DNA of 64,000 nt from Planctomycetota bacterium (GTDB lineage Bacteria; Planctomycetota; PLA2; JAEUHO01), in assembly GCA_965223505.1 (NCBI GenBank), contig CBDCWP010000024.1, forward strand, positions 64,001-128,000. Reading direction: 5' to 3'. Every line of letters begins with the position of its first letter. The stretch's first letter is position 1. Shown piece after piece: positions 1 through 8,928 of this stretch. The notes under the pieces were generated by a model. The model made no database searches and was not told the origin of the DNA. It was given only the letters and a program-made list of their open reading frames with translations. The position numbers and the translations under genes were made by a program.

Positions 1-2007
1 CTTCAGAACCGGTGGTCGAAGGGCATCGGCAAGCACGTGGAAGAGTACGTCCTGGAGTTCCCCGAGCTCGCGGCCGAAGGCGCGTTTCCGTGCGACCTGG
101 TCTACAAGGAGTACCTGGTGCGCCGCCAGCGGGAGGAAGGCCTCCTGCCGAAGGACTTCTACGGGCGCTTCCCGAGGCACGAGGCCGAGCTGCGCCGCGT
201 CTTCGGCTCGTCGTTGCCGAAGGCGACCGGCGCCGACGGCATGCACGCCCAGGAGTTCCCGAAGCCGGGCGAGCGCATCGACGACTTCCTGCTACTGGAT
301 CGCCTGGGCCGCGGCGCGTTCGCGACCGTCTACCTCGCGCACCAGACCTCGATGCAGCGAACGGTCGCGCTCAAGGTCTCCGCCATTCGTGGTGAAGAGG
401 CGCAGATGCTCGCGCAGCTCGATCACCCGCACATCGTGCGGGTCTTCGATCAACGCGACCTGCCGGATCGCGAGCAACGGTTGCTGTACATGGAGTACGT
501 CGCGGCGGGCAGCTTCGAGCCGATCGTGGAACAGGTCGCGAAGACGCCGGCTGAACATCGAAGCGGCAAGATGCTGCTGGAGATCATCGACGCCGCGTTG
601 GGATCGCGCGGCGAAGAGCCGCCCGCGGATTCGCTGCTGCGCGCCGACCTGGCGGAGCGGTCTTGGCCGGAGACCGTGTGCATCCTGGGCGCGCAGATGG
701 CGAGGGGACTGGCGTACGCGCACACGCGCGGTGTTCTGCATCGCGACGTGAAGCCGGCGAATGTCCTGCTGGCGGGGGACGGACGGGCGAAGCTGGCGGA
801 CTTCAACATCAGTCACAGCTCGAAGCTCGACGGCGCATCGCCCGCGGCGTATCTCGGCGGCAGCATGGCGTTCATGTCGGCCGAGCAGCTCGAGGCCGTG
901 AGCCCGCTGCACGAGCGCGAGGCGGAGACCCTCGACGGCCGCACCGACATCTATGCGCTCGGCGTCATGCTGTGGGAGCTGTTGACGGGCAAGAATCCGA
1001 TCCGGGACGAACCGATCGGCAAGGACTGGGGCGCGGCGATCAAGACGATGATCGACAAGCGCCTGGGCGGCATTCCCCCCGAGCGCAGCGAGGACCTGCC
1101 GCCGAAGTGCCCGTCGCTCCTCGAGCCGACCCTGCGGCGGTGCCTGGCGCCGAAGCCGGAGGACCGGTTCGAGAACGGCGACCAGGTGGCGCATCAACTG
1201 GAGCTGTGCCTCAATCCGGAGGCGCAGCGACTCATGTCGCCGACGCCGCCCGCGTGGGTGCGCTGGGTGCGGGCGGCGCCGCTGCTCAGCTTGATCCTCG
1301 TGACGCTGGTTCCGAACGCCGTGCTGAGCGTGATCAACATCGCCTACAACGCGACGGTGGTCGTCGAGACGTCGGTGTGGGACGAGTTCGAAGCGCAGGT
1401 CGCCGTGGTGAACATCTCGGCGTTCACGATCGGACTCGTGATGATGATCTTGTGGGCGTTGCCGATCTCGCGCGCCGTACGGGCGATGGCGGCGCCCGGG
1501 CTGGATCCCGAGGAACGTGCCGAGGCGCGTGGCCGATCGCTGCGGCTGGGCAGGCGAATGGCGGCGGTCGTGATGGGACTGTGGATGCTCGGTGGGTTCT
1601 CGTTCCCCGTGTGGCGGCACGTGTCTTCCGGCGGCGTCGAGGGCTCGTACTACTTCCACTTCGTGTTCTCGAACCTGCTGTTCGGGATTCTGGCGGCGAC
1701 GGCAACGTACTTCTTCGTGAACGGCTTGATCGTGCGGGCGTTGTTGCCGCACCTGATCGCAGTCGGTGACCGGGACACCGAAACCGCGAGGTCGCTGCGG
1801 GGTCTGCCGCGCAGAGTGCTCTACTACTTCGGCGCATGCACAGCGGTGCCGTTCCTGTCGGTCATCGTGTTGGCGCTCGTCGAGCTGCCGTCGCGAACGC
1901 CGTTCTTCGTGATCGGGATCATCGGCGTGGTGGCGTTCGCCGTTTCGGCGTGGCTTTCGCTGGCGCTCCAGCGTTACGCGCGGGGCCTCGCGGCCGCGCT
2001 CGACTGA
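1..2007 (+). CDS. Hanks-type Ser/Thr protein kinase with C-terminal multi-TM membrane domain (5' truncated by window edge)
   Basis: GRGAFATV P-loop, VALK, HRDVKPAN, DFN (DFG variant) and DIYALGVMLWE motifs; about 6 hydrophobic helices at the C-terminus; frame is open from base 1. Confidence 0.93.
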   Translation, partial: LQNRWSKGIGKHVEEYVLEFPELAAEGAFPCDLVYKEYLVRRQREEGLLPKDFYGRFPRHEAELRRVFGSSLPKATGADGMHAQEFPKPGERIDDFLLLDRLGRGAFATVYLAHQTSMQRTVALKVSAIRGEEAQMLAQLDHPHIVRVFDQRDLPDREQRLLYMEYVAAGSFEPIVEQVAKTPAEHRSGKMLLEIIDAALGSRGEEPPADSLLRADLAERSWPETVCILGAQMARGLAYAHTRGVLHRDVKPANVLLAGDGRAKLADFNISHSSKLDGASPAAYLGGSMAFMSAEQLEAVSPLHEREAETLDGRTDIYALGVMLWELLTGKNPIRDEPIGKDWGAAIKTMIDKRLGGIPPERSEDLPPKCPSLLEPTLRRCLAPKPEDRFENGDQVAHQLELCLNPEAQRLMSPTPPAWVRWVRAAPLLSLILVTLVPNAVLSVINIAYNATVVVETSVWDEFEAQVAVVNISAFTIGLVMMILWALPISRAVRAMAAPGLDPEERAEARGRSLRLGRRMAAVVMGLWMLGGFSFPVWRHVSSGGVEGSYYFHFVFSNLLFGILAATATYFFVNGLIVRALLPHLIAVGDRDTETARSLRGLPRRVLYYFGACTAVPFLSVIVLALVELPSRTPFFVIGIIGVVAFAVSAWLSLALQRYARGLAAALD

Positions 2008-2061
2008 GCGACGGCGACGGGCGGCCGCCTTCGATCCCTGCGACGCGCACCGGGCCCGCCG

Positions 2062-2179
2062 CATCGAGGCCGATCCGCCCCCACCAGCCCCGTCGAGGCC
2101 GTCTCGCCCCTCCCCGCCCGCCGAGCCCGATTCGCGCCTGCCAGCCCGCCCATCGAGCTCGATTCGCCCCCACCAGCCC
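2062..2179. repeat. Degenerate ~29-bp tandem repeat, 4 copies, between convergent genes
   Basis: Units start at about 2062, 2091, 2119 and 2151; consensus is about CATCGAGSYCGATTCGCCCCCACCAGCCC. Confidence 0.7.
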
Positions 2180-2239
2180 AACGGGGGAATCGCTCGAGCG
2201 GACCCGGCGGTTACGCCAAGAAACGCTTTCTCGTCGGAA

Positions 2240-2602
2240 TCAGATCCGGTCGAGCTCTTCGAGCGTGAAGTCATTGCGTACGTCGCCGGTGTTCAAGGTC
2301 GTGGCAGGCTCGAACAAGAGCACGTGCGCGATCCCGTCCGCGACGGGCTTGTGCTCGACGCCGCGGGGCACGATGTAGAACTCGCCCGGGTTCAGCACGA
2401 CATCCTTGTCACGTAGGCGAATCGTCACCCGGCCCTTCGTGACGAGGAACATCTCGTCTTCGTTCTCGTGCGCGTGCCACGTGAACTCGTTCTCGAATTT
2501 CACCAGCTTCACGTATTGCCCGTTGAGCTCGCCGACGATCTTCGGCGAGTACGTCTCTTCGAAAGAACCGAACTTCTCTTCCAGATTGACCTTGTCGTTC
2601 AT
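2240..2602 (-). CDS. Cupin domain protein (mannose-6-phosphate isomerase-like)
   Basis: MNDKVNL...FTWHAHENEDEMF...GEFYIVPRGVEHKP cupin motifs; ATG overlaps the upstream stop (ATGA). Confidence 0.9.
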   Translation of the reverse strand: MNDKVNLEEKFGSFEETYSPKIVGELNGQYVKLVKFENEFTWHAHENEDEMFLVTKGRVTIRLRDKDVVLNPGEFYIVPRGVEHKPVADGIAHVLLFEPATTLNTGDVRNDFTLEELDRI

Positions 2603-3414
2603 CGTGACGTCTCCTGCTCCCCCTCTTCGTCCTTGAAGAGCTTGCCGATCGTTCGCTGGCTCTCCTGGACGATCTCGAACCACGTCGTCGCCCGTGCCAG
2701 ATTCTGCCCCGTGAGCTTGTTCAGCGCATCCGGGAGCACCTCGGAAAGCACCGCCCAGCGCTCCACGGGACTTCCCTTCTTCAGCACCTTCGGTTTCGCG
2801 CGGAGCGGATCCAAGCCCGCATTGCCCGACGGCTTGCCCTTCTGCACCGACTTCACGAGCCGCACCAGGATCAGCTCGCGTTTCTTCTTGCACGACTTGT
2901 AGTTGCCCAGCGCACGGATCGCATCGGCCGCGACCTCGTAGTCCTTCGACTTCTCGACCAGCTTGAGCAACGGCTCGACCAGCCCTTCGTCAGGCAGCCG
3001 TCCGGCGGCGAAGATCGCGGTCAAGAGCAACCGGCCTGCCTTCTTCACGTCCCGCTGCTTCAGGAAAGGCTTGACGTACGGCGCGGCACGCAGGTCCGTC
3101 GTCTCCCCAAGCACGGTCAACGCCAGGTCGAGCACGTCCTCGCCCTTGCCTTTCTTCGAGAACTTCGTGATCGAGCCGATGGCGGCCACCAGTCGCGCCT
3201 GCACATCGTCTTCCTCGCCCGCGCGCCGATACAGCAACAACAGAGCATCCATGTCGGCGACGAGTGCGTCGGCGTCCTTGGCCTTCACGTGCGCCGCTAC
3301 GGTCTTCTCGAGCGCGGACGCCTCGGCTTCGAGCGGTGTCTGCGACGCGTCCTCGGCACGCGCGACGCACGGCGCGAGCACGATCAGGAGCGAGAGACAA
3401 ACGATGGAACGCAT
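2599..3414 (-). CDS. Secreted HEAT-repeat-like helical protein
   Basis: Signal peptide; LGE...DLRAAP, LVEPLLKL...AIRALG HEAT-like repeats. Confidence 0.7.
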   Translation of the reverse strand: MRSIVCLSLLIVLAPCVARAEDASQTPLEAEASALEKTVAAHVKAKDADALVADMDALLLLYRRAGEEDDVQARLVAAIGSITKFSKKGKGEDVLDLALTVLGETTDLRAAPYVKPFLKQRDVKKAGRLLLTAIFAAGRLPDEGLVEPLLKLVEKSKDYEVAADAIRALGNYKSCKKKRELILVRLVKSVQKGKPSGNAGLDPLRAKPKVLKKGSPVERWAVLSEVLPDALNKLTGQNLARATTWFEIVQESQRTIGKLFKDEEGEQETSR

Positions 3415-3420
3415 CCCGTG

Positions 3421-4221
3421 CTACCTCAGAAACTCCTCGGTGGTGAACTTGATGACGTTTCCTCTCACGACCCACACCACCGTCTCACCGCCGTGCTCAC
3501 AGAGGAGGTTCAGGATGGTCCGGAGAGAAACGTCCTCGACATGAAGCCGCGAGACGATCTTCGGCCCAATGTCGTGCGCAATCCGGTTGTCGATCATCAC
3601 GTTGAGACCGGTCTGCACCTGAAGCGAGCTCACGACATCAGTGAACTTCTGATCCTGAATCGCCAGACTGACCTTCGTCTCTGCGAGACGCAGCAAAAGC
3701 GCTCTGGACTCCACCTCTCGGGGGCGAACCACGAGCTCGTCTCTGGTCGTGATGAAGACGACCTCTCCCTGCATCGACCAGTACAGCTCGTACGGGCGCG
3801 TGATCAGATTCAAGAAGGTCCGCGCCGTCACGTCACGAAGGTTCACGTCGATCAAGATGTCCTCGAACTTCTCCTCGCGAGCCTTCTTGGAGAGATGGAC
3901 CCTGAATCCCGTGATCGTCTGAAGAAACGCGATCGCCTGGTCGAGATCGGCCGACGCCAACTGCACGCTCGACACGCGTTTCGAGTCGAGTCTGCAATAC
4001 GCAATGTGCCGGTTCCGCACGGCGCGGAAGAGGATCTTCAGCTCCGTCGCTTCCATCTCGGACGCGCGCTCGATCAGGGCTTCCGACTCGGCCCCGTCGC
4101 CGCCGAGAATGCGATCCGCCAACAGCTCGATCGGCACCTTGTCGAAGTCCTCGTGCTCGTCCGCCACGACGACGCCCGAGCAGAGGGAGAGAACGACAAG
4201 CGAAACGGCGAAACGACGCAT
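3421..4221 (-). CDS. Secreted protein with tandem STN/secretin-N-like domains
   Basis: Signal peptide; two repeats of the type 'L.DV.LR.ILNL...W...G.V..FTT'; GGAGG RBS before ATG 4221. Confidence 0.6.
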   Translation of the reverse strand: MRRFAVSLVVLSLCSGVVVADEHEDFDKVPIELLADRILGGDGAESEALIERASEMEATELKILFRAVRNRHIAYCRLDSKRVSSVQLASADLDQAIAFLQTITGFRVHLSKKAREEKFEDILIDVNLRDVTARTFLNLITRPYELYWSMQGEVVFITTRDELVVRPREVESRALLLRLAETKVSLAIQDQKFTDVVSSLQVQTGLNVMIDNRIAHDIGPKIVSRLHVEDVSLRTILNLLCEHGGETVVWVVRGNVIKFTTEEFLR

Positions 4222-4331
4222 GGGCACCTCCGCGTTTCAGTGTAGCGCCGCCCGGCTCTTGCGTTTTGCACGCTTGTGACACACCACGGCCGACCGAGGC
4301 CGTAGCTTGGTCGTGTTCGAAGGGAGGCCCC

Positions 4332-5243
4332 ATGCACCGTGCTGTCGCCCTGGCGTTCGCCGCCGCTTTCACCCTGCCCGTGACTGTACTTGCCGAAGAC
4401 GAGTCCGGGCCGAAGGAGCCGCCCTCCATCGACTACGGGAGCTCACGCAGCTCCTCGGCCTGGATCGACATGCCCAACGGTGTCCGGGTCGCCGTCGACG
4501 AAGGCGTCGAGTGGCAAGGGGTCAAGGTCTACATCTCACTCACGCACCACCTGGTTGCGGTCGATGCGAAGTCCGGCAAGACCCTCTGGGGCCGCAACGC
4601 GAGCGCGTTCTGGAACCGGATCGGCTTCAAGGAACTGGACCGGAACGGCGAGAAGACCTGGGCTCTCGAATTGCGGCCGGGCAAGAACGCGCGCCTTGGA
4701 AAGGACCTCGTCCAGTATCACGACCTCCGCACGGGCAAGCTGTTGGACGTACCCGGCTCGGTCAAGAAGCCCAGTGGAGCACCGTTCGAACCGCGCACCT
4801 ACAGCGGCGGGCAGTCTGAGATCGGGCGCAAGTTCCGCGTCTTCGCGACGTCGCAGGCGAGCTTCGACGCGCTGACGGAGCGCATGTTCGCGAAGACGCC
4901 GAAGTTCGATCCGATCGACTTCACGAAGCACGTCGCGCTGGTCGTCTCCGCCGGCGACAGCGTGAACTGCTCGGGCTTCGGATGCGCCGAAGCGTACGAA
5001 GACGACCGGCGCGTGCTGGTCCGCATGAGCGCGCGGACGTTCCAGACGGACGGCCGCGGCATGAGGACGCGTCCGTGGGGCATCTTCGTGCTGCCGCGGG
5101 CGACGAAGACGTACGTCCTCGAGCGCAACGTGCAGGGCTACATCGGCGGGCCTGCGATCTGGCAGGAGACGTTCCGGGCCGACCAGCTGCCGGATCCGGC
5201 CAAGGAACTCGACGCGCTACCGCCGCGCAGCGAACGCCGGTAG
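4332..5243 (+). CDS. Secreted hypothetical protein, C-terminal region resembling PrcB-like domain
   Basis: GGAGG RBS, signal peptide, 'IDFTKHVALVVSAG' motif; GC3-rich codon usage. Confidence 0.6.
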   Translation: MHRAVALAFAAAFTLPVTVLAEDESGPKEPPSIDYGSSRSSSAWIDMPNGVRVAVDEGVEWQGVKVYISLTHHLVAVDAKSGKTLWGRNASAFWNRIGFKELDRNGEKTWALELRPGKNARLGKDLVQYHDLRTGKLLDVPGSVKKPSGAPFEPRTYSGGQSEIGRKFRVFATSQASFDALTERMFAKTPKFDPIDFTKHVALVVSAGDSVNCSGFGCAEAYEDDRRVLVRMSARTFQTDGRGMRTRPWGIFVLPRATKTYVLERNVQGYIGGPAIWQETFRADQLPDPAKELDALPPRSERR

Positions 5244-5296
5244 CGCCTCTGCGTCGGGAGCTGCCGCCGCCGACGGCAGCCCCTCGAGCGACGTGC

Positions 5297-5891
5297 CTAC
5301 TTGTCGGCGTCCTTCTTGCGCGTGTACGTGTACTTGAGGACCGCCTTGCCGGCTTCGCCGATGCCCAGGTCCCAGATCTCCAGCACGAATTTGTCCGCGT
5401 TTTCGACCTTCGTCACGGTCTTGATCGGCTTGTTGAACTCGTTGGTCATGTACTCGTTGAGGGTGCCGTATTCCGTCTTGACCTTCCCCTCGGGATCGAC
5501 GACGACGCCCTTGGTCGAGATCATCATCGTGTCCATTGTTCGAGACCCACGTGGTGCAGTAGTTCTTCGTGTGGTTGTCGAAGCCGTGGATGCCGAGTCC
5601 CTGGTACGGCCGGCCCATCATCGTTCCGCTCATGCGCTGGAGGATCCAGTAGTCCTTGATCCCCCACTCGAAGCTCGCTGTGCCCTGCGTCGCGGGCATC
5701 TCGTAGCCGGGCATGACCATCTCCATCTTGACGTCCCACGTGCCGATCAAGGCACTCAGCTCCTTGTGCTGCTTGCCGGGCCGCGTGAGCTTCTGCCACG
5801 CCGGCTCCTCCTCTTCGGTCGAAGCCGTGCCGACGAACAACGCCAGCGCTGCGATCAGTCCGAGTCCGATCGAGAACGAATGAAAACGCAT
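5297..5891 (-). pseudogene. DUF1579 family protein interrupted by a +1 frameshift (or a sequencing error)
   Basis: The N-terminal part (PGKQHKEL..LIGTW..GIHGFDN...TW) continues after one extra A near 5537 into ORF 5297-5536 (MDTMMISTKG...YTYTR). Confidence 0.8.
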
Positions 5892-5941
5892 GAAACTCCT
5901 CCTTGTGGAACTGTTGAACGACGAGCCGTGGACCTAGGCCG

Positions 5942-7069
5942 CTACTCGTTTCGAACTCTCGCGGCCAGCTCGTCTTCGAGGGCCTGCACGTACATGACCT
6001 GGTAGCGGTACTCGAGACAACCGAATCGCTCCGGGTCCTCGGCCATGCGCGCGACCGTCGCCCGCGCGCGCTCGAGCCGTGCCTCCAAGCTCGGACCGGG
6101 CAAGAGGTCGACGGCCGCGGCGGTCATTGGAACGACGGTCAACAGCAGTGTCGCGACGACGAGGGCCGTGACGGCTGCGCGCCGCAACGGGTGCTTCCAG
6201 TGCGGCCGCTCGAGGGCCGCGAGGCGCATGAGGATGGTACTGCGGCCGAAGAAGAACCCGGCGGCGCCCAGATGCCGCGGCGGTTCCAGCAACGCGCGCG
6301 CAGCGGATCGAAGCAAGGTTGCGCGGTAGGAGCGCGTGTCACCGCGTAGGTGCGCGGCGACGGTGGCGTCGCAGCAGAGCTCGCGCATGGCGGTCGCGCG
6401 GCGCCGAGCCAGATGGACGAGCGGATGAAACCAATAGACAACGCTCAGGAACGCAAACGCCGCCTGCGACCACAAATCCCTGCGCTTGATGTGCGCGAGC
6501 TCATGCAACAAGACGTGGCGAAGTTGCGATGCCCGCCCCGTCGCCACGTCGGCCGGCAACACGACGGTCGGACGCAGCAGTCCGAACACGGCCGGTCCGA
6601 CGTGGTCGTGGATCCACACCCCGGGTGCACGACGCAGCCCGAGCTGTTCGGCGGTCTTGCGCACGAGCGCTTCGACGCGCTTGCTCGAAGTCGTGCTACT
6701 GCGGCCCAGCGCGCGCCGTCGTGCGTACCGGCCCGCCAGAAGCAGCGCCGCGGCCACGAGCGCGCCGGCGGCCCAAACGGCGAAGAGCCAGGGTGCGCCG
6801 CTCGCGCTCGAGCCCTCAACGGTCGTGGCGGTGCGCGCCATCTCCGGCGCCAGGGTCGGCACGACGGACACCGGCGAGGACAGCGTGGGCGGCAGCACGA
6901 GCTTGAGGCCGACCACGATCCAGAGGGCATGACGAAGCTGCGGCCAGGCCCACCCGCGGATCAAGCGATCGAGCAGGAACGCGACGCCGATCAATAGCGC
7001 GGCCTGCCAGGCCATTGCCGACATCCAGTCGGACCAGAGCTCGGTGACACGGTCCAGTGTGAGCGTCAC
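5942..7069 (-). CDS. BlaR1/MecR1-family M56 metallopeptidase lacking a C-terminal penicillin-binding domain
   Basis: GPAVFGLLRP, LLHELAHIKRRD, WFHPLV and RELCCD motifs; GTGA overlap with the blaI-like gene. Confidence 0.93.
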   Translation of the reverse strand: MTLTLDRVTELWSDWMSAMAWQAALLIGVAFLLDRLIRGWAWPQLRHALWIVVGLKLVLPPTLSSPVSVVPTLAPEMARTATTVEGSSASGAPWLFAVWAAGALVAAALLLAGRYARRRALGRSSTTSSKRVEALVRKTAEQLGLRRAPGVWIHDHVGPAVFGLLRPTVVLPADVATGRASQLRHVLLHELAHIKRRDLWSQAAFAFLSVVYWFHPLVHLARRRATAMRELCCDATVAAHLRGDTRSYRATLLRSAARALLEPPRHLGAAGFFFGRSTILMRLAALERPHWKHPLRRAAVTALVVATLLLTVVPMTAAAVDLLPGPSLEARLERARATVARMAEDPERFGCLEYRYQVMYVQALEDELAARVRNE

Positions 7070-7452
7070 CTGGCGCCGCCCTTCCGCTCCTGCTCCTTCA
7101 GCAGTCGAAGAAGCTCCTTGCGATCCGACGCGGAGAGGCGTTCGTTGCCGACCAGGAAGTGCATCAGCGACCCGGAGGTCCCGGCGAACGCGCGTTCCTT
7201 GAGCGCGCGCAGCGCCGACCTTCGAGCCTGCTTCTGGGTGACGAGCGGCTGGTACACGCTCGTGATCCCCTCGATCCTCGCCTTCAGCGCGCCCTTCTCG
7301 ACGAGCCGATCCATCATCGTCTTGACAGTGCTATAGGCCCAGCCCGTCTCGGCCTCGAGCCTGCCGAGGATGTCGCGCGCGGTCGCGGGATGCTCGCGCC
7401 AGAGCGCGTTCATGACCTTCCATTCGGCGTCGCTGAGCTGGGGTGTGGCCAC
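7066..7452 (-). CDS. BlaI/MecI/CopY family transcriptional repressor
   Basis: LSDAEWKVMNALW, WAYSTVKTMMDRLVEKG. Confidence 0.95.
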   Translation of the reverse strand: MATPQLSDAEWKVMNALWREHPATARDILGRLEAETGWAYSTVKTMMDRLVEKGALKARIEGITSVYQPLVTQKQARRSALRALKERAFAGTSGSLMHFLVGNERLSASDRKELLRLLKEQERKGGAR

Positions 7453-7473
7453 CGGATCCTCCGTCGGCGCGAC

Positions 7474-7501
7474 AACCTACTACATATGTAAAAGGTGTCA
7501 A
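7474..7501 (-). promoter_or_regulatory. sigma70-type promoter with an embedded BlaI operator
   Basis: Minus strand TTGACA (7501-7496), 16 nt, then TAGGTT (7479-7474); palindrome TACA-TA-TGTA at 7481-7490 matches the BlaI/MecI core TACAnnTGTA. Confidence 0.85.
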
Positions 7502-7667
7502 GCCCACAAGCCGAGACGAAAGACGACCTCCGACGGGGACGCCCGGAGGGGCCGCCCGTCCGACGCGGTGGTGGCTAGATCTCCACGCGCCAACGACTTA
7601 GGTCCGCTCGCGACGGTCGTGCGCACGCCGGTACGGACTTTGCGCAGCGCTCCTCGAGGACACTGCC

Positions 7668-8180
7668 ATGCGAATTTCGATGATCGGCGTGCTTGCCGTC
7701 GCTGTATCCGTTCTGCCCTTCGATGCTGCCGTCGCAGGTCGAGAGCGCGTCGTCGTCCCCAACGTGCTGGATCTCGATGTGCGGCGGGCAACCGCCAAGC
7801 TCGCACGCCTGGGTCTTGAGGTGCGTCTGGTTGGTCGGTCGAGCGGAACGGGCCGGCGCATCGTGACCGGTCAGAATCCGGCAGGTGGTCGCAGCATCGT
7901 TCAAAGCGCACAGGTCCGTCTGACCTACAAGTGGGTCGCCGAAGGCGCGGCGCCGCCTCATCGCCGCAAGTCTCCGAAGCACGTCCTGGTGCCGGACGTG
8001 ATCGGACTGCGACCCGCGTCCGCCCAGCGACGCTTGCAGAAAGCCGGGCTCGCCTCGCGCATTGTCAGCACGGGGTCGGGCCGCGGCATTCCCTACGTCA
8101 CGACCCAGAATCCACCAGCAGGTGAGACGGTGCGACGCGGCGTGCAGGTTCGCCTGACGACGAAGAAACGACCGCGCTGA
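7668..8180 (+). CDS. Secreted double-PASTA domain protein
   Basis: Signal peptide; two repeats of VPxVxG/L...A...L...GL...V..QNP..G..V....V.L. Confidence 0.85.
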   Translation: MRISMIGVLAVAVSVLPFDAAVAGRERVVVPNVLDLDVRRATAKLARLGLEVRLVGRSSGTGRRIVTGQNPAGGRSIVQSAQVRLTYKWVAEGAAPPHRRKSPKHVLVPDVIGLRPASAQRRLQKAGLASRIVSTGSGRGIPYVTTQNPPAGETVRRGVQVRLTTKKRPR

Positions 8181-8211
8181 GCCGGGATGGAGGAGTTGCT
8201 CGCGCGATGAC

Positions 8212-8577
8212 CTACCGGACATCGCCGGTGCGGCTCTCACGGTCGGCAGCCCGCAGTCGCTGCCCGGCGAGCCAGTCTTCCTGCGAGGCGAAGCGATCCT
8301 CTTCCATCAAGGCGTTGCGCCGCTCGTCGATCAACGCGGCGCGGTTTTCCTCGTCGCGCAAGAGCTCCCATTCCTTCGCGGTCCGCCCGTTCGCGTTGTT
8401 GTTGCGGCCGATCCGCCCGCGCGTCACGCCCGGTCCGGTGCGTCCGACGCGACCGCCGGGGCCCGCACCGCCCCGGCCGGGTCCCGGCCCGCCGCGGCCG
8501 CCGCGCGCATACACATCCGAGGCGATGAACGCCGACAACAGAACGACGGCGATCGAGGCAGCGATGGACTTCTTCAT
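8212..8577 (-). CDS. Small secreted Gly/Arg-rich hypothetical protein
   Basis: MKKS-type signal peptide ending VYA, Gly/Arg low-complexity segment, then a charged helical tail; GGAG RBS. Confidence 0.65.
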   Translation of the reverse strand: MKKSIAASIAVVLLSAFIASDVYARGGRGGPGPGRGGAGPGGRVGRTGPGVTRGRIGRNNNANGRTAKEWELLRDEENRAALIDERRNALMEEDRFASQEDWLAGQRLRAADRESRTGDVR

Positions 8578-8649
8578 GACGAGCTCCAAGTTGCGAATAG
8601 GACGCTCATCACGCTATGGCGGTTCACCCGTCCGTGGGTGAATTCGGCG

Positions 8650-8676
8650 CTCATTCCCCTCTCATGCTGCGCTCAT
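8650..8676. promoter_or_regulatory. Three CTCAT direct repeats at 11-bp spacing (OmpR/PhoB-family response-regulator site-like)
   Basis: CTCAT at 8650, 8661 and 8672. Confidence 0.5.
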
Positions 8677-8687
8677 CTTCGGAGCGG

Positions 8688-8927
8688 TTACGGCCGCCGT
8701 ACGACCTGGATGCCGAGCTGCCGCTCGTGATCGTTGCAAACGAATCGCTCGCCCCCGTCGGCTTTCTCGCCGGGTCGCGGCGGACGATGGCTCAAGACCC
8801 AATAGGCGCCCGTGCGCGACGGCCGCGCGTAACAGTCCGTCGGCGCCGTGCCGCGCTCCAGGGGGCGCCCGCAAGAGGGACAGGTTCCCGCTCGAAACAC
8901 ACCCAGCGCCGTCCGTCGCTTCGGCAT
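8688..8927 (-). CDS. Small putative zinc-binding protein (CxxC...CxxH)
   Basis: CPSC and CNDH motifs; ATG lies 1 nt after the stop of the cytochrome c gene. Confidence 0.55.
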   Translation of the reverse strand: MPKRRTALGVFRAGTCPSCGRPLERGTAPTDCYARPSRTGAYWVLSHRPPRPGEKADGGERFVCNDHERQLGIQVVRRP

Positions 8928-8928
8928 G

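Noticed and set aside
2062..2179. CRISPR array
   Set aside because: Repeats are contiguous and degenerate, with no spacers and no cas genes.
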